Source: Nemertoderma westbladi (lineage: Eukaryota > Animalia > Xenacoelomorpha). From it: 58,792 bases of DNA. Location of the stretch: contig JAUCBJ010004233.1 in assembly GCA_032718475.1 (NCBI GenBank), positions 1 to 58,792 of the forward strand, read 5' to 3'. The stretch's first letter is position 1; every line of letters begins with the position of its first letter. A program made the position numbers and the translations under genes. Below, one piece after another: positions 25,068 through 37,735 of this stretch. The notes below the pieces were generated by a model that was not told the DNA's origin, made no database searches, and was given only the letters and a program-made list of their open reading frames with translations.

Positions 25068-27213
25068 TTCGCAATCAAAAAGAGTTCCTAAAAGATAGAG
25101 AAATTCCCCGGAAACCATTGTGGCACGATGCGGATCTTTGAATAATGGTTTTCGAGGAAATTGTCCCTTCTACTACCTAATGGCAAATGTATGTCATAAA
25201 CTACATTCATTGTTCGGTATAATAGTTAATGGCGTTGTCTTGTACAAGTTGCCATGGAATATGTTTATCTACAGTAAACTGATAAGTTTAATAAACTGCC
25301 CAAAAACAACAATGAACAATAAATATGTACATGAACTCTGGGAATATATTTTTGTTACATATTTTTCTTAGAATTTAGAATTCTTTGAATCCAGTATTTC
25401 TGTATGATCCTTAAATTGTTATTGACCTTGAGATTGGATTCGCATCCTTGGTTTTGGCTGACATAAATAGCTGCTGCTTTTAAAAAGCGTGTTGTTGTTG
25501 CGGATTAAAAGTGCAAAGTTTCTGAAGTAGCACAACTCTAAGCTGCTAGATTCAAGATATAATTATTGCAGAAATAAAATATATTATATTTATTGTGATA
25601 AATATAATATAGAAACAGTACATAATTAATAGGGGCTGGTAATTAGAACGCAGACTATGCTTGTTGAAATAAAGCAGTTCTGATGATTTCACATCAAAAT
25701 AATAAGCCTCTCAAATACATTTATTTATTCTCATAGGTTTTCCACGCATTATAAAAATATATGAATCTCAAGATTTATATTATAATTTACATTAACTCCA
25801 AAAGACCTAATTACATTTTTCTATCCTTTGGGTTTTCATAAAAAACTTCATAATGGAGTTATTGTACTCTGAAAAGCCATTAATCGGGTTCGAAGCGGTT
25901 AAAAGTGTAGTTAACAGTGAAACTTCTTGGAGTTAACAAAAAGACCAACTGAGGAACCGTTTATTCTAGAGATTCTGACAGCAACCTATATAAGTCATAC
26001 GCATATTATAATACAATATAATGAATAATACTATATGTTAACCTTTCTTTCACAACAATAGCACGCATTGATCGTATTGTCGGCTACTCCGAATTAAACA
26101 GTGTTATTATTATTAGTAGTACAGATCATTGGCTGGATTCCCTCAACTACTGGACCCTGCTGGAGGGGAGTTACTATCGCCACGTCTCCAATATGATGAT
26201 CTAAGGACATACATAGAACGTAATCCAACAAAATTAAGAATAATAATGGATAAGTGGGTTGATTATAGTATTATAGATTAAGTGAGTAAATGGGTTGATT
26301 CAATAAAGTCAGCAATCAAGATCCTCGAGATTCCACGTAAAGATCCATAGTGTTATTACGTTGCTCTTCTTAGGAACTGGCATTAACTTATTTGTTTTCC
26401 TTTATTGTGGTTCTCTCTTTATTCTGTACATGTCTGTGATGACATGACGTGGTGAATGTGCTGCAAACACTGTGTTTTTTTTAAAAACTTTAGGGGGACA
26501 ACATCTACTCCGCTGACACGAGTGGTCTTAAAGTGAGTGAGTGAAAATAAAGCCACTCGGATCATCACACTGTAAATTAATGCTCTTTGCAGTACGTAAT
26601 CTTGACTTCGGCAAAGAAGATGCCACCAATGGGTAGTTCTGGGAGTACATACTCAGTGTCACAAACTCAACAAACAGTACTCAGTGTCAGGAAATACGCT
26701 CTCATTGTTAATTCATTGTGTGTCTTTCAACCATTGAGATGATCAGCTGGTGATTCTGCCTTAACCTCCTTGGTGGTTTATTGGCTTTTCCTCCCAGTCA
26801 GCAAGTTGATCGATTTCTATGCCTGGGCTGGATGGCGTTAACCTAAACCTAATGATAGATAAGCCCCCCCCCCCCCCCCCCCCCCATCATGCCTGAAAGA
26901 TGATGCGCGAATTTGGTAATTATTACAACCGAGTTTTACAAAGTCTCACCAGGTTCCTCGATTTCGCAGTTCCATGATTTCCCAGCTCCAAGATTTTCCA
27001 CTGTACTCTGATGTCCCAAAGTTATCTTATTTCCGTGCAAACTAAACTATATACTAATACTATGACAAGATATTCAAAATATCGAACATGTTAGAGTGAA
27101 TGCAAGAAGATGAAGTTGTTTCAGAAAGTTGAAACACAAAATAAAATGTTAAATTAAATTAAATTATAATTTATTATTGGTGTTATGGGTGAATGAGTGG
27201 TTTCATATTATTA

Positions 27214-27477
27214 TACCTTTTTGTTGGGCACAGCTTTTGCAAAGTCGGCAATGACGTCCAGGTGGGATCGAACTGATGAATTGGATGGTATTGACAGATG
27301 AGAGGCCATGCGGAGGTAAATTGCGGACATACAAGGTATCAGATAGTATTTCCAGGTCTATCTTTTACCTAAGCCGCTAGCTGAATGGTTAGAGCATCAG
27401 ACTTCCAACCACCATCAGTGCGATCCCACCTGGACGTCATTGTCGACTTTGAAAAAGCTGTGCCCAACAAAAAGTTA
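27214..27477. mobile_element. Inverted pair of tRNA-derived SINE-like fragments (also at about 39879-40142)
   Basis: About 65-bp inverted repeat ttttgttgggcacagctttt...gacgtccaggtgggatcgaactgatg; the + arm is preceded by an A-box-like tagctgaatggttagagc; B-box-like gttcgatccc. Confidence 0.6.
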
Positions 27478-28370
27478 TAAATTAAATTATGGATGTCACA
27501 CCATTCCTCATTTTGGAGATTTTCAGCAAATTATTTGCAAAGTGGTGTCATCAAGAAATCTAATAATTATGCATCAAAAGAATCCATAACAATTAACTAG
27601 AAGGCATATAATAAAGGTCAATGATGTTTCCATTGATGCTGTGCCTGTCTAGTTATCTTCATATGCTATGCTACTAGTTATTATAAACGAAAGAAACACG
27701 ATGATTATCGATAAATGTATAAATTTCTATAAATATACATTTATATTGAATATATAAATGGTAAATTGCAAAATAAGGTTTGAATTGTAGTTGATCCCAA
27801 TTTTTAATTTAGTAACTTTACAGAATATTACACATTATTCAGCGGACCTTTGTGGCCGCATATATCTAAAAAATTATCAACATTCGACATCAATATCAAT
27901 ATCAATATTATTTTACATAATGATACAACGGCCGTACACTTCGAAACAATTGTTGATGATAATTTATCCATTCAAAAGTGCAAATTTAGGTTTTCAAGAG
28001 CGAGAGTGACTCATTAATCGAGAATGAGACATCAATAGAGCGAAACTGATCTCATGAAATATAATCAAATCAAATTATCAATCCCTGTTGATTAAAAAGT
28101 CGTATATATTTTATTGGTAGTGCAAATAATTTATGATGCGAGTTGTGGTTTGCTTAACAAATGAAATTGACAATTTATTGCAATTCGTTTGATTATGTTG
28201 TAGCAATTACAATAAACATAGAACCTAACTGATGTGGTGAATCAATATAATATAACATGTACGAAGTAAATGTATAATAAATGTTGAAACCAATCGATAC
28301 CATTCGATATCCATCTAATAACATATTTTACACGAAATTATAAATATTGTATTACGCTGCTGGTTAGCAT

Positions 28371-28445
28371 TTTACACGTAGGGTTAACACTTTCTTTACA
28401 CTTAGGGTTACCACTTTCTTTACACTCAGGGTTAACACTTTACAC
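28371..28445. repeat. 24-bp minisatellite (tttacacttagggttaacactttc), about 3 units in copy 1
   Basis: Same unit as the expanded array at 41043-41575. Confidence 0.85.
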
Positions 28446-28770
28446 TTGCGGTATTCAAGTTTACTTGCTTAGTTTTAGGCCAGTAAGATCTGTAGTTGTT
28501 CGATAGAACATTTCTCCCAATAACAAGATAACGCAACAGATTATTACATTGTATACAGACGGATTTGCAGTAAATGATAAGTATCTTTATTTAGAGAAAA
28601 AATTTTGTTTAATTTAAAACTGAGATAACGCTTAATGCACAAATATGTTTGTGCTGAATGATTTTGTATAATAATAATATATAATAATTGAAACTTATTA
28701 CATGACGACAATTGCACGACATTAGCTACAGTTTAAGTTCCCCCGATTCTTCGGATGTTCGTCGACAAAT

Positions 28771-28911
28771 CTATTTTTGGTACAAACACTTGGCGCCCAA
28801 CGGGTACATAAAGTGGCATGTGTAACCGGCACAGCACTGGGAGTTGCCGCCCTGTGTGCAGTGGGCCCCTTGGATGGCACATCCGCGTTGTTTACGAAAC
28901 CATTTGGTGGC
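28771..28911 (-). CDS. Terminal exon encoding a knottin (ICK-type, 6-Cys) toxin/defence-like peptide, copy 1
   Basis: tctttccag acceptor, then ATKWFRKQR-GCAIQGAHCTQGGNSQCCAGYTCHFMYPLGAKCLYQK*. Spacing C-6-C-7-CC-4-C-9-C; GC-rich island in AT-rich flanks; AATAAA on minus at 28586-28591. Confidence 0.8.
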   Translation of the reverse strand, partial: ATKWFRKQRGCAIQGAHCTQGGNSQCCAGYTCHFMYPLGAKCLYQK

Positions 28912-29356
28912 CTGGAAAGATACAGTATATGCTAAAGTAGATACAATATATACATAAAGGTTTGTCAATGTAGTAGTACATATATAATAATTATATAGTT
29001 ATATATTAATCAGCGTACTTCATCAAGATACATCATAGGCATTATATGGAACAATTATTACAAATCGCTTCCTCCCATCCTCTCTTTATATATAAAAAAT
29101 GCAATGCTGCTTATCGAAAAAATTACGAAGTCAGAACTCGCTAGATTATCGACAACTTCAAGGCCAGAGTCCTTTAGGATGCGTCTCAAGAAAGTCAAGG
29201 GCTGTCTAGTCCAACGTGTCATTCTCTCCATTACGCCCCCAAATTAAAGGTTGATCCGCACGGCGAAAGTCTCCTCAATATTGTTGGTATATTTATACAG
29301 GTGCCTTGCATCCTACATTTGTCCGGGTACCTTTGTCTCTCTCTGTATATCAAATC

Positions 29357-29910
29357 TGTGAGGATATTCGAATACGTAAGGGAAAGGCATGGGCAGCATT
29401 AAATGGGATTTGGAAGTCACACAGAATTCATCAGAAACTTAAGGTCCAATTATTTAGAGCAGCAGTAGTTCAAGTACACCTCTATGGTAATCCATGCTGT
29501 GCTCTAACTGCTGATGACACCAAATCTCTGGATGGCACATTCACAAGAATGCTACGCCGGGTTCATTGTGTCAAGTACAATGCACACATCTCCAACCAGA
29601 CACTATATAACATTGGGGGTGTCTCATTGGTTCCTCCAAGCTTGACACTAGAAAAAAGCCGCCTACGCCTTGCAGTACATTGCTTTCGCCGTGAGGACCA
29701 GCCTGTGCACAATATTGTGCTTTGGCAGCAGCAATGGAGAAAATAAGCATGATGGACAGCCCATGACTTTCTTAAGACGCCTCTTAAAGGACACTGGCCT
29801 TGATGATGCAGGTAATCCTGCGAAAGTCATGTGGGGTAGGGAGTTGTGGCGGCCCAATTTTGTCAATAAGCCATCATTCTTACTGCATGCTGCATTGGAG
29901 CACGCCAATT
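29357..29910 (+). mobile_element. Degenerate 3' fragment of an RTE-clade LINE (copy 1), with a short inverted fragment at about 29140-29215
   Basis: DIRIRKGKAWAAL..IWKS..LKVQLFRAAV...LYG...LDGTFTRMLRRV...RLRLAVHCFR; frameshifted end. Confidence 0.85.
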
Positions 29911-30583
29911 GTGAATTGCGTGGTGGTGGTAAAAATATTTTTGTTACTGAATATAGTGCTGTCTTATTTATTGTGCTAATTTTATTCGCCATCCTACATA
30001 CTGTAATGTACATCTAATGTACAATGTAGTAATGTACAATATACAGCTATTAGGTCCTGCCAGCCCACTCACTAACACAGCCCCTAGCGATGCTGTCATT
30101 TTTGGGTATGGTATCAGTAACTATCCAATCCACTCCATAGGATATTATCTCAAGGAAATATGTAGGAGAATTGTAAAGCAATTACGTGTGAATAACAACG
30201 AAATATAAGATAAATTGCAGTTGTTAAGTCTGCCTGGGGCCATAGTAGTAAGCCATATTGGAGATTCAAAAGGGTAATTGGTTTGTAGTAAGTACATAAT
30301 GACAACGTAAAGTGTAGGATATAAATCATGACAGAAGAACATTCTGGTGCATTTGTGGTCGTCAGTGGCTGCAGGGTAAATAGGGAGAAAAGGTCGTTGG
30401 TGTATTTTGTATAATATTGGAATAATAATAGTCGAATGAGGTATATTATCAACAGACGAAGATTAAAAAATAATTTAGTTGATCTTAGTATTATACGATA
30501 TACCTTTCTATTTACTTGGACTTGGCGTTACACACTGTACAGTACTGAAGATACTGTTGTACTGTAGAAACTGTTGTACTGAA

Positions 30584-30897
30584 GATATTATAATAAGTTG
30601 TTCAGAAATGGAATAAATGAGAAAGCGCGTCACCGGGGGTTGAACCAGCGCTATGCGTACGTTTCGGCCTATCAGGCCACTTCAGTAGCGCTAATAGGTT
30701 CAGCCACTTTCCCCTGACATTTACCTTTCTATTTATTCCACTTCTACGGAACAGGCAGTCTTTAGTTGCATATTCTGATTGAGTTGCTACTGAAGAGGCC
30801 TGATAGGTCGAAACATACGTATAGCGCTGGTTCAACCCCCGGTGATCCGCTTTCTCATTTTTTCCATTTTTGACTGATTACAACTTATTACAATATC
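30584..30897. mobile_element. About 310-bp inverted-repeat element with a hammerhead motif in each arm (probable Penelope pLTR remnant), copy 1
   Basis: Arms at about 30584-30690 and 30786-30897. + motif gcta-CTGAAGA-ggcct(gat)aggtc-GAAA-catacg-TA-tagc. The minus motif has CTGAAGT and CA core substitutions. Confidence 0.7.
30786..30825 (+). ncRNA. Minimal type I hammerhead motif (short stem I)
   Basis: CTGAAGA, 5-bp stem II, GAAA and GUA triplet; stem I gcta/tagc. Confidence 0.6.
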
Positions 30898-30956
30898 ATT
30901 CATTAAAGTTGCATTAACAGCTCAACTACAATTAATATATTGTACTGAAGATGCAG

Positions 30957-31736
30957 TCTATATTTGTAGTTTGAAATAGACTGCCGTTTATGCTCGCTAT
31001 ATCAGCTGATATAATCTGGTTGTAGATCTATATTTGTAGTTTGGAATAGACTGCCGATTATGCTCGCTATATCAGCTGATATAATCTGGTTGTAGATCTA
31101 TATTTGTAGTTTGAAATAGACTGCCGATTATGCTCGCTATATCAGCTGATATAATCTGGTTGTAGATCTATATTTGTAGTTTGGAATAGACTGCCGATTA
31201 TGCTCGCTATATCAGCTGATATAATCTGGTTGTAGATCTATATTTGTAGTTTGGAATAGACTGCCGATTATGCTCGCTATATCAGCTGATATAATCTGGT
31301 TGTAGATCTATATTTGTAGTTTGTAATAGACTGCCGATTATGCTCGCTATACCAGCTGATATAATCTGGTTGTAGATCTATATTTGTAGTTTGGAATAGA
31401 CTGCCGATTATGCTCGCTATATCAGCTGATATAATCTGGTTGTAGATCTATATTTGTAGTTTGTAATAGACTGCCGATTATGCTCGCTATATCAGCTGAT
31501 ATAATCTGGTTGTAGATCTATATTTGTAGTTTGTAATAGACTGCCGATTATGCTCGCTATATCAGCTGATATAATCTGGTTGTAGATCTATATTTGTAGT
31601 TTGGAATAGACTGCCGATTATGCTCGCTATACCAGCTGATATAATCTGGTTGTAGATCTATATTTGTAGTTTGGAATAGACTGCCGATTATGCTCGCTAT
31701 ATCAGCTGATATAATCTGGTTGTAGATCTATATTTG
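30957..31736. repeat. 70-bp tandem repeat x11 (single unit at about 44067-44146 in copy 2)
   Basis: Units start every 70 bp from 30961 to 31661; each contains the 16-bp palindrome tatatcagctgatata. Confidence 0.96.
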
Positions 31737-31829
31737 CATTCAATGTTCTACTCGCACTTTACTTGTGTATTCCCGTGTGGGATTTTACTTGTGGATCTAC
31801 ATCCTTTGCTGCTAGACTGTAGTTTAAGT

Positions 31830-32215
31830 TAAGCTATTACTGCTGAAGACACCGGATCCATTGATGATTCATCCACTAGAATGATGCGCGCCGGGTTCAT
31901 GGCATTTAATACAATGTTTAACAACGTATTGTACAATCGCGTTAGTGAATAAGAATTGATAAAAGCCCAGCACCACCTTGCAGGCACTATGGATGCGACA
32001 TGCTGGCCACTGCTGTCGTAAAACTGAGTCAGTCTGTTCGTGATACTGTTCTATGGCAGCCGACTGGTGAATGTGGCGTCCAACCATTGACATTCCTGAA
32101 ACGACGGTTGGAAGACACTACTGGTCTTGATAATAAATCAGATATAATTGAGGGAGTTAGTTACATTCGTAGAAGATCGCTTACTGTGGAGTGTATTCAA
32201 TGCGAGGCTGGCGGC
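31830..32215 (+). mobile_element. Highly degenerate RTE 3' fragment (also at about 44270-44635)
   Basis: Residual similarity to the other RTE ends: LAGHCCR-like segment, VLWQPTG, QPLTFLKRRLEDTTGL. Confidence 0.6.
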
Positions 32216-33726
32216 ATGCATTCTAGTAATGGGGCCTGTGTATGTGTGAATGTATTTATGTATTTGTGTCAGTACGATTTTTAATAATAATTTAGGGAAT
32301 TTTAGCCGATAAATTATTACTGATTTTCCAATTTTTAACAATGACATATTTTTGTTTTTAAGGAACATAACCTCAGAGAATTACTATGATAGAATATATA
32401 TATATGTGATAGATATAATAATAATTATAATATATATTATTATATATTATATATATATATAATAATAATTAATAATATATATATGATAGAATATTTTTTA
32501 TAAAATGTCAAGAAACATTTTTGCATCAATGTTTTATTTGTGATGCCTGATTTACATTATATTATTTTGCCTGTGCCCGGACAACAGGTATCCGCTTACA
32601 AGGTGTACCTAAAAATTATGGGTACCACTTTCCGGGTTCAATTTAGAGTATTTTTATTTAAATGTTAAAATATTCTGTAATTAAAAAGGGTTTGAGGTCA
32701 TATTGGCCTACATTATCACAGCGTCTATGGATGGAGTATAGTTCTGATATATCAGATATACAAGTGTATTCATATAAGTATAAGTATATACAAAATGTAC
32801 TATTGTTGATTAATTTGCAATCTGTCCAGTTAGTTTATGATGTGACACAATTAATAAATAAATATATTGTACTTGTAAATTGTGGATATTATGAGACCAG
32901 TGGTGTTAATGAAATATAGAAGTGGTCATTGTGTCACTCTTGTTTCCAATTCCCAAACCTATTTCAAACAATATCTCAACATACCTATCTCATTCTCACT
33001 CTCATATTCTCATTCCAAAAATGTTTCCATTTATACAGAGTGAGAACTTTAAAGTGAATTTTTTTAATGAATAATTAATAATCATCTGAAGAAGACTTAA
33101 GACTTGACGTTATTCAATAGATAGTAGTGGTGTGGTCGACACAGCCGGACTATATTAATATAGTGTCAGGAGAAACTTTACTGATTACAGATACATTCAC
33201 ATGATATAATCAGAATTCCTTATCAATGGATTTCTCTTAGGGTTCTCTATATCATAATCCCACTTTTGGAGAACACGATATGGGTTTCCGCCTGAGTTCC
33301 AAGCATAATTAGATGAGATAATTAGAAAATAACTTCTTAGCAAATATTATTAGGATTATCAAAAGCAACAAACAATGCATCCATATAATAATGTTCCATT
33401 CTTAATGTTTCTCCTGATTCTTTATTCACTATTAAGTCCGAGCTCGATCAACCTAGTTGCACTAGTAATTATTAATTATTTATGCTAAAATATAGAGAAC
33501 TAACCCTTAAAAGCATTTACCTCAAATTGTGTAACTTTGAAATAACTGTATCCCACTAATTTCAAATTTATAAAGCTAAAAATTTATGAAATGTAATTAT
33601 ATTTTTGTAATAAAATATTATTATGTATTATATTTTTAATTAATTTTCACACTAATGATGTTAATAAACGCACCGGATGTTCGGCCATTGAACAGCCAGA
33701 ATTAATTAGAACTATATTAATAACCT

Positions 33727-34635
33727 GTGGGGCGAGCGACGAAAGTAAGCGAGCTTAGCATACAGGTACCACTAACTCAATCGGTGTGTCTGTTGCTCTA
33801 TTGTTCTGTTGTTCTGTTGATCTGTTGTGTCCAATTTTAAACGTTAATAACTCAGCCAAATCTCGAAAAAATATATCCAATCTTGGTACATATGTAGTCT
33901 GGCAAAAGTTTAGAAATTTCCCAAGTTGAATTTGCATGGGGTCTTCATGCAGCATCTGTGTAACTGTCTTGCAGTTATAATAAATTTATCTATCCAAAAA
34001 TTATTAGGCTTGGAATCAGCTGGTTGTTTGGAGACTGCAGGATTACAGTACGGTACCGGTACTGTTACAGTGGTACAGAGTTACCGGTATCAGGTCATGG
34101 GTCACCAATCGGCTCGGCAACGGCAACCATGCAGCCATGGAAGTTTTGAAATTATGCGGAATTAAGACTGACTGCATATTGTCAGGTTGTACCAGCTGAC
34201 CTTTATTCCATGTTCCGGTATCCACTACTGCACTAGGTACCCCAACAGCCCAATACTGCAATACGTTTTGGAATTGTACCGGTACTCAAACAACTCGCCA
34301 TCAAGGCCACCGCCTCTGTCTGTCGCAGTGTCGTTGGCGACCTCGACTTTTGGTATCGGTACTGCGCTAGCGCTACGGGCAAACTGGACTAGCCGATGAG
34401 CGAGACCCGAGGCATGAAGAATGCATTGAATTTATCGAGTAGTTTGACTGTGTACTTCTATGACATCGATGCCAAGCTGCCAATGCGGAAGTTTTTTTTA
34501 AAATAAAAGTTTGGTTAAATTTTCTTAATTATTTATTTAAATTTCTTAAGTACCGATTTTGGGATAGAATTGCTCAATTGAAATCTGTATCTAATAACTG
34601 AGCCTCGTCCTGCGCGATGGCCCCACGAACGTGTA
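33727..34635 (+). mobile_element. HINE-like element (copy 2 at about 45890-46722, with a rearranged 5' part)
   Basis: 5' tgtggggcgagcgacgaaag..., (ctgtt)-rich tract, 3' gccccacgaacgtgt. Confidence 0.6.
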
Positions 34636-34639
34636 TTAA

Positions 34640-35931
34640 TTGATGATTCATTTGATTCACTTCTCAGTTTGTCAACAGGTAAAGCCATCGGACCAGATAA
34701 TCTTACAGCTGAGCACTATATATATGCATGTTGTTTTAATTTCGTTTGTGCGATTTGTGTTTTAACTAATGCTTTATTTTTGCATTCATATATGCCTTCG
34801 GATATGATGGCTTCAACCTTAATTCCACTAGTTAAGGACAGAACCGGGGACCTTACAAGTAAGGATAACTACCGAGGCATTGCAATTTCTACGGTTTTCA
34901 GTAAGCTTATCGAAAAGATTATTCTGGAACGCTGTATTAACCTTCTTAAAACGATAGATAATCAAAGGGATGGAATATTATCCTGTTCATTTTATGTGAC
35001 TAACGGTACCAGACAAGGCGGTATTCTCTCACCGCTGTTATATAATGTCTACGTTGACGATCTTAGTATTGCTTTGAGTGATAGTGGTGTTGGTTGCATG
35101 ATCAACTCCATTAGAACTAACCATTTAATTTATGCAGACGACATGTGTCTGATTTTAAATTCAATTTTCGGTTTTCAGAAACTCGTTGACATCGCTGTTC
35201 AATTTGCCAATCGCAATTCAATTATTCTTAATGTAAAAAAAACGAAATGTCTGTACTTAATTCATAAGTCTTTTTCACTTACCTGTTACTCAAAAATCAT
35301 ATTATACGGCTCTCCCGTTAAGGTAATTGACACGTTCAACTACCTAGGGCAGATACTAAGATCGTCAACTGATGACAATGATGATATTATTAATCAGACG
35401 CACTCGCTATATGCCAGAACGAAAACATTAGTTAGTAAATTCGGCAATGCCTCGGTAGCTGTTAAGTGCGCATTATTCCGTGCATATTGCACCCCTGTAT
35501 ATTGTAATTCTCTATGGTCTCGCTCAAACTATAGCGAGCGTGTTTATGGCAAAATAAGGGTAGCATACAACAATTGTGCCCGATTATTATTCAAATTACC
35601 ACGTCTTACTGACGATGAGCCGACTAGTATGTCACTATCTTTTGGTACTTTAGACCTACCCTTATTTTGTCACCTTCACTACAACTCTGTGTGTAGACTC
35701 CTCAATAGAATTAAGTCCACCCATAACTGTTTATTGTACACTGTTTACACTGCCTGCAGATTCTCGAGATTATTTCCCTTGAAGCTGTCAGGGTGATAGA
35801 CATTATTACTTTACTAAGTGTGTATATTTTTTTTTTTACTATTTGTGCTATTGTTGTAATTTTCCATTCGTTTTTACTGTAGATATGTACCTCCTGGTGC
35901 GGCTTAAAGGATAAATAAATAAATAAATAAA
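34640..35931 (+). mobile_element. 5'-truncated non-LTR retrotransposon RT (RTE-group, possibly Proto2/RTEX-like), copy 1 with a 234-nt in-frame deletion
   Basis: KAIGPD, NYRGIA, RQGGILSP, YADD, FNYLG; lacks the QFGF...LDAPKAFDRV...VCW block present in copy 2; (taaa)n tail. Confidence 0.9.
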
Positions 35932-35986
35932 CAATTGGCACCGGTATTAATGTGGCTCTTTAGTATCTTCCCCATCATAATGTAAA

Positions 35987-37735
35987 CTGTTAAAAGGCTC
36001 CTGTTGAAAGGCTTCTGTTGAAAGGCTCATGTTGAAAGGCTCCTGTTGAAAGGCTCTTGTTGAAAGGCTACTGTTGAAAGGCTCCTGTTGAAAGGCTCCT
36101 GTTGAAATGCTCCTGTTGAAAGGCTCATGTTGAAAGGCTCCTGTTGAAAGGCTCTTGTTGAAAGGCTACTGTTGAAAGGCTCCTGTTGAAAGGCTTCTGT
36201 TGAAAGGCTCTTGTCGAAAGGCTACTGTTGAAAGGCTCCTGTTGAAAGGATCCTGTTGAAATGCTCATGTTGAAAGACTCATATTTAAATGATCCTTTTG
36301 GATGGCTGCGTCGAAAGGATCCTGTTGAACGACTCCTGTTGAAAGGCTATTGTTGTACGGCTCCTGTTGAAAGGCTCCTGTTGAAAGGCTACTGTTGAAA
36401 GGATCCTGTTGAAAGGCTCCTGTTGGAAGGATCACTTTGAAAGGCTCCTGTTGAAAGTCTCCTATTAAAGTCTCCTGTTGGTAGACGGCGTCGAAAGGCT
36501 CCTGTTGAAAGACCCCTGTTGAAAGGCTACTGTTGTAAGGCTTCTGTTGAAAAGCTACTGTTGTAAGGCTACTGCTGAATGGCTCTTGTCGAAAGGCTCA
36601 TATTCAAAGGCTCCTGTTGAAAGGCTCCTGTTGAATGGTTCCTATTTAAAGGCTCCTATTTAAAGGCTGCGTTGAAAGGTTTTTGTAGAAAGGATCCTGT
36701 TGAAAGGGTCATATTTAAAGGCATCTGTTGAGAGGCTACTGTTGTAAGGCTCCTGTTGAAAGGCTCCTGTTGAAAGGCTCCCGTTGAAAGGCTCTTGCCA
36801 AAAGGCAACTATTGAAAGGCTTCTGTTAAAGGGCTCCTGTCAAAAGTCTCCTGTTGAAAGGCTCCTGTTGAAAGGCTCCTGTTGAAAGGCTCCCATTGAA
36901 AGGCTCCTGTTGAAAGGCTCCTGTTGAAAGGCTCTTGTCGAAAGGCTACTGTGGAAATGCTCCTGTTGAAAAGGTCCTGTTGAAAGGGTCCTGTTGAAAT
37001 GATAATCTTAAGGGTTCTTGTTGAAAAGCTCCTGTTCAAAGGCCCCTGTTCAAACGCTATATTTCAAATTTAAAGGCTACTGTACAAAGGCTACTGTTGA
37101 AGGGCTATTATTGAAAGGCTACTGTTTAAAGGCTCCTGTTAAAGGCTGCCGTTGAAAGGCTCCTATTTAACGGCTCATATTGAAAGGCTCCTTTGAAACG
37201 CTCCTGTTGAAAGGATCCTGTTGTAAGGCTCCTTTTTAAAAGCTCAAATTTAAAGGATCCTGTTGGAAGGCTGCGACGAAAGGCTCTTGTTGAAAGACTC
37301 CTGTTGAAAGGCTACTGTTGTAAGGCTCCTGTTGAAAGGCTCCTGTTGAAAGTATCCTGTTGAAAGCTCCTGTTGAAAGGCTCCTATTTAAAGACTTCCG
37401 TTGAAAGGCTACTGTTGTAAGGCTCCCGTTGAAAGGCTCCTATTTTAAGGCTGCGTTGAAAGGCTCCTGTTGAAAGGATCTTGTTGAAAAGCTCCTGTTG
37501 AAAGGATCATTTTTAAAGACTCCTGTTGAAAGCCTACTTTACTGTTGTGAGGTTCCTGATGAAGCTTGTCGAAAGGCTACTGTTGAAAGGCTCCTGTTGA
37601 AAGGCTACTGTTGGGCTCTTGTTGAAAGGGTCCAGTTGAAACGCTTCTGTTGAAAGGCTCCTCATTGAAAGGCTCCTGTTGAAAAGCTCCTGTTAAAAGG
37701 CTCCTGTTGAAAAGCTCCTGTTGAAAGGCTCCTGT
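35987..37735. repeat. 15-bp satellite, copy 2
   Basis: Same order of variant monomers as 23319-25067. Confidence 0.97.

Larger units (their letters stand above)
23319..35984 (+). repeat. Tandem segmental duplication, copy 1
   Basis: Colinear with 35987-48319; identical ORF translations at offset 12668 near the start; shared end ...ccccatcataatgta. Confidence 0.97.

Noticed and set aside
23992-25118. GAFQQEPFNRSLST ORFs (also 36809-37786)
   Set aside because: Translations of the 15-bp satellite.
28912-28968. N-terminal extensions of the knottin ORFs as a signal peptide
   Set aside because: The two copies differ by a frameshift here, copy 1 has no ATG, and the sequence ends in a tttccag acceptor, so it is intronic.
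30957-31736. CRISPR-like array (palindromic repeat)
   Set aside because: Units are fully repeated with no unique spacers; no cas genes; eukaryotic context.
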